DNA of 64,000 nucleotides, taken from positions 1-64,000 of IMG/VR virus record IMGVR_UViG_3300009034_000020; one strand, 5' to 3'. The position numbers and the translations under genes are program-made. The stretch's first letter is position 1, and each line of letters opens with the position of its first letter. Of this stretch, positions 63,860 to 64,000 are shown one piece after another. The DNA comes from a virus. The notes under the pieces are model-generated. The model had not been told where the DNA came from. It was given only the letters and a program-made list of their open reading frames with translations, and made no database searches.

Positions 63860-64000
63860 ATGATGCAGGATGAGAGGCTATACGAAGGTCCTAGGACGGA
63901 AGAGCGTCAAGCTGCTGAGGAAGCGACTCAGGCAGTCACCGCATCCGCCAAAGAACTTGCGGGACAGCCAATAACAACTATGCCCGAAGAGGTAAGGCAG
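63860..64000 (+). CDS. start of a gene truncated by the window edge
   Basis: AGGAGG RBS and ATG, open to the end. Confidence 0.5.
   Translation, partial: MMQDERLYEGPRTEERQAAEEATQAVTASAKELAGQPITTMPEEVRQ

Overview
The window is a 64 kb section of a high-GC tailed dsDNA bacteriophage genome; no integrase or host genes are visible. The left arm (1-34.4 kb, minus strand) carries replication, recombination and nucleotide genes: a UDG-PolA fusion, primase, DnaB-like helicase, SSB, RecA, Mre11 with a split Rad50/SbcC, RuvC, an SF2 helicase, RNA ligase and an HNH nuclease. Beyond these lies a run of small early genes. A non-coding divergence point at about 34.5-35 kb is followed by small genes, a cluster of six tRNAs, and the morphogenesis operon on the plus strand (TerL, portal, a 1975-aa protein, scaffold, major capsid, repeat-domain virion proteins). 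The most striking observations are: (1) an 81-nt tmRNA-like gene that has only the alanine-accepting tRNA-like domain and no mRNA-like domain; (2) three tRNAs with C33 in place of the near-invariant U33; (3) a leader sequence complementary to the 5' half of a tRNA-Arg; (4) a catalytically dead paralog of the phage's own DNA polymerase A; (5) a duplicated module of a Pro-rich peptide plus a 'CxCG(L/F)Y' domain; and (6) three sigma28-like promoters. All protein calls come from motif recognition by eye; no database searches were run.
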